A stretch of 64,000 nt of DNA, taken from contig CALSRE010000002.1 in NCBI GenBank assembly GCA_943788675.1, positions 6,679 to 70,678 of the forward strand, in the 5' to 3' direction. The position numbers and the translations under genes are program-made. The stretch is from an uncultured bacterium (GTDB lineage: Bacteria; Fidelibacterota; Marinisomatia; Marinisomatales; Marinisomataceae). This document shows, in pieces, positions 17,345-28,542 of the stretch (the first letter of the stretch is position 1; every line of letters begins with the position of its first letter). The notes below the pieces were generated by a model, which did not search any database, was not told the origin of the DNA, and saw only the letters and a program-made list of their open reading frames with translations.

Positions 17345-18225
17345 TTAATTTAATAATAATTCTGCGGATAAGACGGTGTTTTCTACCAACATTGCGATTG
17401 TCATTGGACCAACTCCTTTTGGAACTGGAGTCAAAGAATCTGCTATTCCCATAACACTCTCTTGATCGATATCTCCAACAATTTTTGACTTTCCATCTAA
17501 CTTCAATTCTGTTGATTCCAACGTCAATTAGACATGCACCCTTTTTAATATATGAACTATCAACAAATTGCGGGGAACCTAGTGCAGCAACCAACACATC
17601 TGCTTGCTTTGAAAAGTATTTTAAGATCCTTGGTACCGCTATGACACAACGTGACTGTGGCATTTCCAAGCTCTTTCAAGCTGGCAAGAATAGAAATAGG
17701 TCTACCTACAATATTACTTCTACCAATGACTACAACATGCTTCCCATCTAAATCTATATTAAAATGTTTTAAGATGATACATCATCCCCTTTGGTGTGCA
17801 AGGGATAAAACGAGGCTTACCAATTGAGAGAAGTCCTGCATTTTCAGGATGAAAACCATCAACATCCTTTGTTGGTGCTATCATGCATTTAACACTTTCT
17901 CGCTATTGATATGTTTAGGCAGTGGCAATTGAACTAAAATACCATGAAATTCAGAATCTGTGTTTAACTTATCAATCAGGGATAAGAGCTCTTCTTCTGA
18001 GACATTTTCATCCAATCTATAATAGCTCTGTTTTCAAGTCCTAATGCTTCAAATTTTTTGGTTTTATTTCTAACATAGATTTCTGAGGCTGGATTATTTC
18101 CAACTAATACCGCAGCTAACGCCTGGGACAATACTTGTGCTTTTTAAGTATCCGCGATCCTGTCTTCCAGACTGTTATATAGCGCTTTACTGGCTTCTAT
18201 AGCCAGATAATATTGATGTTTCCAC
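17345..18225 (-). pseudogene. folD: Bifunctional methylene-THF dehydrogenase/cyclohydrolase FolD, multiple frameshifts
   Basis: FolD sequence is recoverable only by frame-hopping: [59 protein letters not shown] and [19 protein letters not shown]. Confidence 0.8.
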
Positions 18226-18238
18226 AACAATCCCTCTC

Positions 18239-18533
18239 TTAGTCAGTTATCTCTTCGATTCTCTCTATTAAAGACTTTACTTTCGATTCTACTTCACCTT
18301 TAAAAGAATACTCTCCTCTTCTAGCACCGAACAATTCATCTGAAATATTCATAGCTGCTAGAGATAGCAATCTTTGAGGCGTTCATAGAGGACGGCACCG
18401 AACGTTGGACCTCATTCATTTTTTGATCTACGTATGCGGCTACTTCCTTGATGTAGTCTTCATTTGACGACGCCCTAATTGGATACTCTTGACCAAAGAT
18501 TCTTACTTTTACTAGTTTTTTATCTGCTTCCAT
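18239..18533 (-). pseudogene. zapA: Cell-division protein ZapA, one frameshift near 18370
   Basis: LVKVRIFGQEYPIRASSNEDYIKEVAAYVDQKMNEV. The C-terminal helix continues in another frame, ending IERIEEITD*. Confidence 0.7.
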
Positions 18534-18542
18534 ATCTATCCT

Positions 18543-20931
18543 TTAATTGTCTCTTAATTTAGCATTAAACTTCTTAGAAACAACATTTATAATTTCAGTA
18601 ATAACTGAATTTACATCTTTATCTTCAAGTGTTTTTTTAGGTGATTGAAAGGTCAACTTAAATAATACATCTTTTGAAGATTTATCATTTTTAGATTGAT
18701 ATATATCTACCGGTTCTACGCTTTTGCAGGATAGATTGATTAACCGTCTTTCATGCTAGCGCTAACATCGCCAACGTTGATCTCTCCACCCATTTTAAAA
18801 TTCAAATCTCGAGTAACTGCTGGAAAAGCTACTAACATCTTTTACTTTTCTATTAAATCCGCAGTATTCTGCATAAATAGTCAGGATTTATGTCTAGCAC
18901 TAACAACGTCATGCTTATGTGCTATATCTAATTTTTTTAATAAAGCTGGGTTTATCACTCCAATAGCTCCTACAGTTTGCTTTTTGCTATCTTTAATCGT
19001 AAGAAATGGAGAGCAATACGAATGCTTCTCCTCAATGAATTTTATCTTTGTATTTAGCTTGTCCTCATAAATTGATTGAGCAACTCCCTTAAGAAAGCTA
19101 AACGATGCTGAGATGGAATCAAAGTGCACGTTCTTTGAAAACAGATCTCCATGCGCTAGAGCATGAAAAACTGTTTTGCTGATCTATATCTCTCTAGATC
19201 TAGTAGACTTTCCACTAAAAATTGTTCCATATTCGTATATAAGCGTATCAGCTGAACCGTTTCGATAATTAAAATCAAGATTCTTTAGCAATCCTTGGTG
19301 GAGAGTTGATGCGTAAGGTATTCATTCTTTCTGAAGATGGATTCATTACGCTTATACCGCTCTTACCAAACAACTTAACGTCTTCTAAGTCTTCTAATGA
19401 ATTATTGTAAGATTGATTAAACCCAATTGATGATAAATAATGTTTTAATGATGTAATCGGAGCTTCTTCATCGTTAGCATATTGCATAATCGAAGTAAAA
19501 TTAAAGGATGATTCAATTTTATCGTATCCATAGCAACGAAATACTTCTTCAATTAAGTCTGTTTCAGTCGATAAATCAGTTCTAAATGTAGGAATTTACA
19601 CTCCCAAACATTATCAGATTTTGTTGATTTTATGTGTAAACCATCTAAGACGCTCTCCACTTCTTTATCAGAAATAACTTGACCAGCATACTTCATTAGT
19701 TTATCGCTAGAAAGTTTAACTGAAGACAGAATCTAATGACATACTACATTCATCAGTAATAAGTGATTCTAGGTACCGCCAGCAACTTCTTGCATTAACT
19801 GTACAATCATATTAAATGCTTCATTGACCGCATTTGGATCTGTTCCTCTTTCAAATCTTCTTGACGCTTCAGATAATAAGTTTAATTTTTTTGAACCTTT
19901 TCTTATTACAACAGGATCAAAGTAAGCGCTCTCAATTAACACTTCAGAAGTGTCGTCAGAAACAGCGCTATCCATACCCCCAATAATACCTGCTAAAGCA
20001 ATTGTATTTTTTGTATCTGTAATCACCATATGGTCAGACTCTAAAATATATGTTTCATCGTCTAAAGCATGAAATTTTTCTCCCTTTTTTGCCCAAGCAA
20101 CCTTAATTGCAGGGGTTGAAAGTTTCTTTAAATCAAATATATGAGTAGGATGTCCAATCTCTAAGAAGCATAAAATTTGAAATATCTACAAGATTATTAA
20201 TACTTTTTTGTCCAACTGACTTTAAGTAATCCGCTAGCCATTTTGGTGATGGACCTACCTTAACACCTTTCATTACACCTGCCATATAGCGCGTACAACC
20301 ACTTTTCTTGTCTAATTCGATAGATATGTTATCTTTTGTATTAGAATGAAGTTCTGTAATGGATAATGGCGTTTTAAGTGTTGTTCCAAGCATTGCAGCT
20401 ACTTCTCTTGCAATTCCTCTATGGCTTAAAGCAAATGCCTTATCTGGTGTAACCTCTATATCAATAGCGTTATAAATAGGACCTAAAATATCTTTTATTG
20501 AAGAGCCGGTTTTAACATCGTTATCTAAAACCATAATACCGTCATGCTCTTCTGAAATACCAAGCTCTCTTTCGGAGCAAATCATTCCAAAACTTTCAAC
20601 GCCTCTAATCTTTGCTTTCCCAATTTTAAAATCTCCAGGTAAAATAGCGCCAACCTTAGCAAAAACAATTTTTTGCCCTTTATCTACATTAGGTGCGCCA
20701 CAGACAACGCTCAAATTCTTCATTTCCATCAGAAACAGTACACAGTTTAAGCTTATCTGCATCTGGATGCTTTTGTGCAGATAGAACATCGCCTACAACA
20801 ACATTGTCTAATGAATTAAAATCTGTAACAACTTCTGATTCAAACCCTCTCATGGTAAGCTGGTCTGCTAGCTGGGTAGCATTCAAATCAAAATCAACAA
20901 ATCTTTTTAGCCAATGGAGTGAAACTTTCAT
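18543..20931 (-). pseudogene. pheT: Phenylalanine--tRNA ligase beta subunit, many frameshifts
   Basis: N-terminal tRNA-binding domain (VVGDVLSAQKHPDADKLKLCTV, GAPNVDKGQKIVFAKVGAILPG, IRGVESFGMICSERELG). B3/4 and B5 pieces (VITDTKNTIALAGIIGG). The span of about 2.4 kb fits PheT, but it is fragmented into ORFs of <=218 aa in different frames. Confidence 0.85.
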
Positions 20932-21913
20932 TAAAATTGCTCCAAAAATCTTTTATCGTTTTGGTAAAATAATCGAATGTCTTTAATCCCATATTTGATC
21001 ATTGCAATTCGCTCTATCCCCATTCCAAAAGCAAATCCTTGATATTTTTCAGTATCGTAACCTACATTTGCTAGAACATTAGGGTTTACCATGCCGCAAC
21101 CTAAAATTTCCATCCATTGATTCAATTTATCATTCCAAATATCTACTTCCGCGCTTGGTTCTGTAAATGGAAAATAACTAGGTCTAAATCTCATCTTAGT
21201 ACCTTCACCAAACATTTCTTGCACAAAATACTCTAAAGTACCTTTCATTTCTGCAAATGAAGAATTTTCATTAATTACCAATCCCTCTACTTGATTAAAT
21301 AAGCAGAAGCTTTTATAACTAACAGCTTCATTTCTATAAACCCTTCCACAACAAATATGACGCAATGGAGGATCTTGATTTTCCATTAGATGAATTTGCA
21401 CGTTGGAAGTATGTGTGCGCAACACAGTGTTCGGATTGACGAAAAATGTATCTTGCATATCTCTAGCAGGATGATGTTTCGGTACATTTAAGGCTTCAAA
21501 ATTGTGATAATCATCATCTATCTCCGGACCGTATGCAACTGAAAATCCAATAGATTGAAATATCGACTTAATTTCAGAAGTAATTTGTTCTAATGGGTGT
21601 ATATGTCCGCTTGGTAAATCATAGCCTGGAAGTGTAAAGTCGATGTCACTAACGAGCATCTGTATTATCATTGTCTCCCGCAGCTTCTTCATATAATTTT
21701 GTTAAATCATTCTTAAGAACATTTAATTCTTTACCATAGCGAGGCTTTTCAGCTGCAGGTAATTTATTGAATTCTTCAAATAGAGATGCTAATTGACCGT
21801 TTCTACCTAAGTATTTAATGCGAAACTTTTCTAGATCTAGATGAAGTTTTACTTTTGGATAACTCTTTAGAAAATGATGTCTTTATTCCTTTAATGGTTT
21901 TATCTAATGACAT
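20931..21913 (-). pseudogene. pheS: Phenylalanine--tRNA ligase alpha subunit. The catalytic core is intact; the N-terminal ~75 aa are broken by two shifts
   Basis: ORF 20931-21692 has [38 protein letters not shown] and [22 protein letters not shown]. The N-terminus MSLDKTIKG... and LEKFRIKYLGRNGQLASLFEEF are read in other frames across 21693-21913. Confidence 0.9.
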
Positions 21914-21923
21914 CGTGTTTTTT

Positions 21924-22274
21924 CTATTTTTTTTGTAAGTATTTAACGAGGTCTTCAAAGACAGTTGGATTATTAACAGCTAAATCTGCTAATACCTTTC
22001 TATCTAAATCAACCCCTTTCTCCTTCAGTAAATGTACAAAATTTGAATAGGATAAACCATTTAATCTTGACGCAGCATTGATTCGTACAATCCACAGTCT
22101 TCTAAATTGACGTTTTTTCTGTCTTCTATCTCTGTAAGCATAAAGACCTGCTTTAGTTACAGCATCTTTAGCTGCTTTAAAATTACGACTTCTAGCTCCA
22201 AAATAACCTTTAGCAAGCTTTACAATCTTACGATGTCTTCTATGTCTTGGAACTGAACTATTTGATCTTGGCAT
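21924..22274 (-). CDS. rplT: 50S ribosomal protein L20
   Basis: [33 protein letters not shown]... Confidence 0.95.
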   Translation of the reverse strand: MPRSNSSVPRHRRHRKIVKLAKGYFGARSRNFKAAKDAVTKAGLYAYRDRRQKKRQFRRLWIVRINAASRLNGLSYSNFVHLLKEKGVDLDRKVLADLAVNNPTVFEDLVKYLQKK

Positions 22275-22275
22275 C

Positions 22276-22479
22276 TTAACTTCCCGCTTTCGCCATCATT
22301 TTTTTCATTCTTTTCTCAAAGGACGGAGCTACCATAGTAGCTTTTTTAGCAGAACGCTTCACATCTTTATCTCTACGAATAAGCATGTGACTATGTCCTG
22401 CTTTGTTACGTTTCAGCTTTCCTGAACCTGTAACTTTAAATCTCTTTGATACACTTTTTCTTGTTTTTTGTTTTGGCAT
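22276..22479 (-). CDS. rpmI: 50S ribosomal protein L35
   Basis: [33 protein letters not shown]. Confidence 0.95.
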   Translation of the reverse strand: MPKQKTRKSVSKRFKVTGSGKLKRNKAGHSHMLIRRDKDVKRSAKKATMVAPSFEKRMKKMMAKAGS

Positions 22480-22488
22480 AATAATTTC

Positions 22489-23006
22489 CTATTTCGGGGC
22501 TAATATTATAGATTTTTTTCGTCCAGTCAAAGGAGAATCTTTTTCAAGTTGTGCGATGCTCACTTAACGTCGACAAAACTCGCTGCATTAAGTCTTGCCC
22601 TAAATCTTGACGAGACATTTCTCTTCCTCTATACATCAAAGTGAGCTTTAATTTGCAACCCTCTGCTAAAAACTTTCTTTCCCATTTTTAACTTATTTTC
22701 TAAATCGTGCTCACCAATATTTGGTCTCATTCTTAATTCTTTAACTTTAACAACCTGTTGCTTTCTTTTTGCTCTGTTGCGCCTTCTTTCTTTTCTTCGT
22801 ACTTAAATTTTCCAAAATCCATAATTTTGCAAACCGGAGGTTTTGCTTTTGGGGATATTTCTACTAAGTCTAACCCTGCCTCCTGAGCTAAGCTGCAAAG
22901 CCTGCTTTTACGCTCACTACACCAACTCTGTTCTTTATTTTGACTGATTAGTCTTACCTCATCAGCGTAAATCTCTATTGTTTACTCTTATTCTCTGTTT
23001 TTTAAT
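22489..23006 (-). pseudogene. infC: Translation initiation factor IF-3, frameshifted. Candidate ATT start
   Basis: [61 protein letters not shown] and a terminal ILAPK are recoverable in different frames. AAGGAGAG lies 7 nt upstream of ATT at 23004-23006. No ORF >=60 aa in the track. Confidence 0.8.
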
Positions 23007-24949
23007 TCGAAACTCTCCTTTCTTTGATTTCGCTTATAATATCTTTGGAAAACTCCTGCAAAAGATAATTCTTTCTGTTCTTTAACAAACCTTCTTCGGA
23101 TTGTTAATGTTTGATTTTCAACTTCTTTCTCGCCAACGATGATCATGATATTAATTTTTTGCATTTCTGCATCTCTAATTTTTGATCCAATTTTTTCTGA
23201 TCTGCTTATCTAATGACGCTCTTACACCGCTTGAGCTTGAAGCTCTTTTGTTATACTTGCTTGCATAATCGTTGTACTTATCTGATACCGGAAGGACTGT
23301 AACTTGCTTAGGTGCTAAGCCATAATGGAAAGTTTCCACCAAAATGCTCAATTAGAAAACCAATAAAGCGTTCATGCGTACCTAAGGGTGCTCTATGAAT
23401 ACATAGTGGAGTTTTAAATGATCCATCTTTGTCTGTATAATTCAAGTCAAAACGTTCTGGTACTGCAAAATCAACTTGATTGGTTGCTAATGTAAATTCT
23501 CTTCCAATTGAACTCCAAACCTGTACGTCAATTTTTGGACCATAAAACGCAGCATCGCCAATTGATTCTACAAACTTTAGCTTAGCACCTTTTAACGCAT
23601 CTCTTACATCGTCTTCTGTTTTTTTCCATAATGTAGGATTATCAATAAACTTTCTTACCTAAATCTTTAGGATCATGTAAGCTTAATCTCATCTCATATT
23701 TCTCAATTCCAAATATTTTAAAATATTTCATATAAAGATTACATACGTCAATAAACTCGTCTTTAAACTGTTCTTCCGTACAATATATATGCCCATCATT
23801 CATCTGCATACTTCTAACACGCATCAATCCAAATAGCTCGCCTGATTTTTCATATCTGTAGCATGTTCCATACTCAGACAATCTATATGGTAAGTCTCTA
23901 TAGCTCTTCGGTGTGTTAGCAAAAATTTTATGATGGTGAGGACAATTCATTGGCTTCATATAATAATCAATCCCATCTACATCCATGGCTGAATACATGC
24001 TTGAAATATAATGGTCTAAGTGTCCTGATTTTTCGTACAACTCACCCTTGGTTAAATGAGGAGTTCTAACTCGTAAGTATCCGCTAGCTGTTTCCATTTC
24101 ATTTGCTAGTGCTTCTAACTCGTCTATAAGAACTGTTCCGTTTGGAGTCCATAAAGGCAACCCTGGTCCAACTTCATCATCAAAGAAATATAAATCTAAT
24201 TCTTTTCCAATTTTTCTATGGTCGCGTTTTTTTTGCTCTTCAAGCATTAATAAATATTTTTTTAAATCTTTTTTATTTTGGAATGATGTTCCGTACACCC
24301 TTTGAAGCGTTTGATTGTTTTCATCTCCTCTCCAATAAGCTGCGGAAGATGCTAAAAGTTTAAAGTGTTTAATAGCTCCAGTTGATGGAACATGAGGACC
24401 TCTACATAGATCAGTAAATTCTCCTTGAGAGTAAACTTTTAAAATCTCATCTCCCCCTAAATCATTGATAATTTCAACTTTGTAGGTTTCATTGATATTT
24501 TCAAAATAACTAATAGCTTCTTTCTGAGATTTAACCTCATGAACAATTGGAAGATTTTCTTCCGAAATTTTTACCATTTCGTCTTCAATTTTTAATAAAT
24601 CATCTTCTCGTAAATGGTATTTCGACATCAAAATCATAGTAAAACCTATTTTCTAAAAAAGGACCAATTGTAACTTTTGTTTTAGGATACAATCTTTTTA
24701 CTGCTTGAGCCATTAAATGTGCAGTACTGTGTAACAATACACTATGACCATCTTTGCTTTTTGCATCCATAAATTGCAATTCACAATTAGATGATAGTGA
24801 AACAGATAAATCGGTTAAAACTCCATCGACTCTTACATATGATAGAATCGCTAGAAATACCTTTGGTTTCAGACATTACTTCTAATGGAGTGATACCATA
24901 TTAAAGTCATGCTGACCAATACCTTTGATTTTATAGAAATATTACTCAC
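23002..24949 (-). pseudogene. thrS: Threonine--tRNA ligase. The central 331 aa are intact and both ends are frameshifted
   Basis: ORF 23642-24637 has RGPHVPSTG, YWRGDENNQTLQRVYGTSF, DHRKIGKELDLYFF, MNCPHH and YRYEKSGELFGLMRVRSMQMNDGH. The anticodon-binding end (FKTPLCIHRAPLGTHERFIGFLIEHFGG-like) and the TGS-like start (GITPLEV) are in other frames. Confidence 0.9.
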
Positions 24950-25672
24950 AATGCAGCATTATCGATTAAAAATACGGCCATTGTGAAAAAACCAAGCATT
25001 CCTGCTACGCCAAGACGATGACGCTTTACAAGAGCTCTTTCTGCATCAGTTAGAGTCAGTTCCATTTAGATCAGAAACTAAAATCTGTTCTTGTTTTGAA
25101 TCATAATACTTGCATAAAATTGGTCCAACCAATGCATACCTTCAGCACAATTACTATCATCAGAGTCGCAATCATGTCAAAACATATTGATTCGCTGGTA
25201 CCTGGAATAGGTCTAACATTCTTTGTTCCCATTTTCATGCGTTCAAACTTCATCTTGAAGTTGTTCAAACTCTGCATATATCTCTATTATCAAAGTCAAA
25301 GTTTTGTAATTCGTTGCGTAATATGTTGAAATTGAGATTGAGAAAATAAGCTAATGGTGTATATCCTATTATCTGTTGGTAAAGCAATAATTGCTGGAAA
25401 CGTTCTTTCAGTTGAATATATCGGAGAATTCCATACAAATACGTCTGCAATTGCAGCGTTGGAAAATATGTTAACTTTAGACTTCTCCTGCTTCAATTAG
25501 ATCTATCAATTGTCTTGCCAATTATCACTTGCTGGATTTTCAGCTTCCATGTCTGCAACACTCTTGCAGAAACAAGCCACAAACTTAATAAGATTATTAT
25601 GCTTAAAATACGTCTTCATTGATTTCATTAAGGAAAATTTACTATAGATGGTGTGAAAAAGATATATTTTTA

Positions 25673-26136
25673 TCATCTGAAAGAAATGACTTCTTGTTCA
25701 TATGCAAAACAACTTATCCATCTGTCAAAATACTCTTCCGCCCTAGCTCTTCCATATTGTTGAACCAATACTTCAAAAATATCATAGTTTTTCTCGTCTA
25801 GGTAAGGGTCTGCAATAAACATAAATGTTAACGTTCCATCGTCATTAGCTTCCTCTGGAATCAAAAACTTTAAGCTATTATAGACTTGAGCATCTTCTCT
25901 TTTAATTGCAGGAAGAATCACTGTTTTGGTTAGCATTTCAAATTGACCTGACTCTTTGTGGTAAAATATGGTTTATTGCCACCATAGTCTTGCCATTTTG
26001 AGCTATATACGGTACTACTAGCCTCTTCATTGAGTTGCTTTGCTTGCAGGACAGCAACTGATTACTACCAATGGATATAGGAGCAGCGCAACCGTAAATA
26101 ATAAGAAACAATAATATGAGTTGATAGTTTTTTCAT
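25673..26136 (-). pseudogene. Putative small lipoprotein, frameshifted N-terminus
   Basis: ATG at 26134-26136 gives MKKLSTHI.., and one frame continues LLFLIIYGCAAP (lipobox-like). The intact 87-aa ORF 25673-25936 follows. No family recognised. Confidence 0.25.
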
Positions 26137-26139
26137 ATA

Positions 26140-28382
26140 CTAAAATAGGTATTGAAATTTAATAAATAATTGTCTGTTGACTTTCTGTTTAACTTGAACA
26201 ACATATTGTCTTACGTGTCTTCTTCAACTAAGTCGTTTACTCCAAAATACAGTGCGCTAAATGCATTTGGCTGGATAGGTTATCATCGGTTCAATAAACC
26301 AATGTTTTTGAAAAGTCGCTATATTGAATGTTTGTTCTCATAGTTAGCTTTGAATGTGAACGAATGATTGATTCTGAGCTCGTAAGTATATATTCCATCA
26401 TAAAAATCCTCTGCCTTTTGATCATGAAACACCGATACCAAAATTAGATTTATCTGATATTTTATATTCTACATAATTTTTAACTTGATAAAAATTTGAA
26501 TTTTCAGGTACATCCTAAATTTCTAATAATAATTTCTCTGGATTGCAATTCGCTGTAGTGAAATAACTTTGAATTAACTTTGGTTTCTATAACCAACCTC
26601 AAATTCATAAAGATTATCAAATTGGTATCCTCTAAAATTTTCTTTTTCAAATTCTGCGTTAACTTTAAAAAAATCTCCGTTTCTTAAATCTGAATTAGTC
26701 GAAAATGATAATTCTTGTTTTTTAACAAGTCCTGTGTAGTTGGTTTTATAAATAGTTTGGATATTATAATCTGTTTTAAGTAAAACTGGATGGTTATCGT
26801 AATAAACTGTTTTTCCTTTATTTACTTTAAGCCATTTGGTTGCATTGTTTGTTTCAAAACCATTACTTGTTCTAAACCCTGGAGAACGCATCCTGAGAAC
26901 AAGACCGAAATTATCTGTTCGGGTTCTTTTATTAACACTTAAACCAAGTGCATTTCCTGTAATTTTTTCACCATCAAAATTTTTGGTATACTTTCCACTG
27001 TCAAAGGTTATTTTACTATCATCAGCAGTAGGTTCATACACATATTCAAAATTATCTGATTCATTGTGAATAGATCCTGTAACATGTAGCGTAAGATGGT
27101 AATTATTTCCAGGATGATAATGGAAATCTAATCCACCAGTAGTCATATCTCCAGCTTCATCAAAAACTCTATTAGTTAATATCGCACCAATTGATCCACC
27201 GTTACTTCCAACCATTCGTTTGGCTCTTATAATATTTGAAGTGCTTTTTCCCATTGATACAACCGTGCTAGTTTCTTCAAAAGGCAATAATAGCAAGGAT
27301 GATTCATCGCGAGCACTAATAACACCGTATGATGTTTTACCAATTTTTCCTGTGTATTTAGCCGCGATAGATGGATCGTTAATTGTTCTTGAATAAAATA
27401 AATTTATATATCCACGCTGGGCAGAAAATTGAAACAACTCTGCACCCTGGCTAAAGAATGGTCTTTTTTCTTCAAAGTATAGAGCATTGACAGTATTCAC
27501 GTCGTTTTTTATATCATCTGATTCAATCTGACTAAAATCAGGATTAAGTGCAATTTCAAGTAAATCAACAGAAGAAATAGGGTACTTCATAAATAATGAT
27601 GCTTCGTCCGTTGAAGATGATGTATTTGTTGTAAAATCATCAGATACTCCCGCCACCACAGATGGAATATATTCAATATCTCCCCTAGTTTGTTTTGGAG
27701 GCTCTATATTCTCAAGAAAACCTAATTGACAGGTTTGACATTCTATACCACCCACTCTTGAAGTCCAATATACATACCTTGTTAATTCATCGGATAACGT
27801 AAACCCTCTACCAAAATCAATTCTCCATGTTTGAACTGGAGCTACAGAATATCTTAAGCTAGAAAACGGAATAACCATCTCAACTTCATATCTATTATCA
27901 AATATTTGAACCTTAGTTTTATAAGTAAGATCTAACGATTGATCAAATCCATAAGTTGCTCTACCATCAATTTGGGCGCCACCTGCGCTCACACCAATGC
28001 CGTAGGTTAATGATTCGTCATCAAATGCATCTATATTTATCCAGACTCTATCATCTTTGTCATCGAGATTGTCTCTTTTTGTGATACTGTAGCGCAAATC
28101 ATCTTTATCAACATAAGCTTTAAAGCCCACATATAAATTTGTATCATCATACATTAATCTGGCTTCAGTTTTTAATAAGGCATCTTCCCCCTGAAACGTA
28201 CCTGAACCAATGAAGTTTGTTGCTACTTGTGCATTGCCCCACTCTTCCAACTCAACTTGCCCATCAAAAGTAATTGAGGAACTAATTTTAATTGGCTTAT
28301 AAACCGGTCTTTCGGTAAGGTCTTTAAAAGATTGACTAAAAGATAATGTTGTGAATAATAATAGTAAAAAATATTTTTTCAT
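26140..28382 (-). pseudogene. Large outer-membrane protein resembling the CBM9-like/DUF5916 family. The C-terminal ~145 aa are disrupted
   Basis: Intact ORF 26574-28382 (602 aa) has a signal peptide and an N-terminal ITFDGQVELEEWGNAQVATNF module. Downstream frames still encode beta-strand-like sequence ending LFIKFQYLF* at 26140, a typical OMP C-terminal Phe. The family assignment is from memory only. Confidence 0.5.
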
Positions 28383-28457
28383 TTTGCGTCTAATTATAAT
28401 AATAAATAATCATATCTAAACTAATTATTTGACAAAAATAAACTGAGGAAGTTTCAT

Positions 28458-28494
28458 AAAAAAAAGAACGCCCGATTGACAGAGTATCGGGCGC
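28458..28494 (-). terminator. Rho-independent terminator downstream of the TonB-dependent receptor
   Basis: Minus strand reads GCGCCCGAT-ACTCTGTCA-ATCGGGCG followed by TTCTTTTTTTT, about 50 nt after the stop at 28543. Confidence 0.75.
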
Positions 28495-28542
28495 TCAGCT
28501 ACTTATTAAGGCCTAAGAGTAAAATGCAATGAAGACAACACC

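Noticed and set aside
24950-25672. A degraded coding-looking region on the minus strand. Fragments include MKSMKTYFKHNNLIKFVACFCKSVADMEAENPASDNWQDN and VNIFSNAAIADVFVWNSPIYSTERTFPAIIALPTDNRIY.
   Set aside because: I could not assign a family or a continuous frame, so it is not reported as a feature.
17345-26573. Whether the broken genes reflect an alternative genetic code (stop-codon reassignment) or programmed frameshifting.
   Set aside because: The continuation of each protein is found in a different reading frame rather than beyond an in-frame stop. Examples are pheT at 20689-20789, pheS at 21660-21913 and hsdM at 1027-1122. Paired +1/-1 shifts occur within ~100 nt. Neither pattern fits codon reassignment or known slippery-site recoding.
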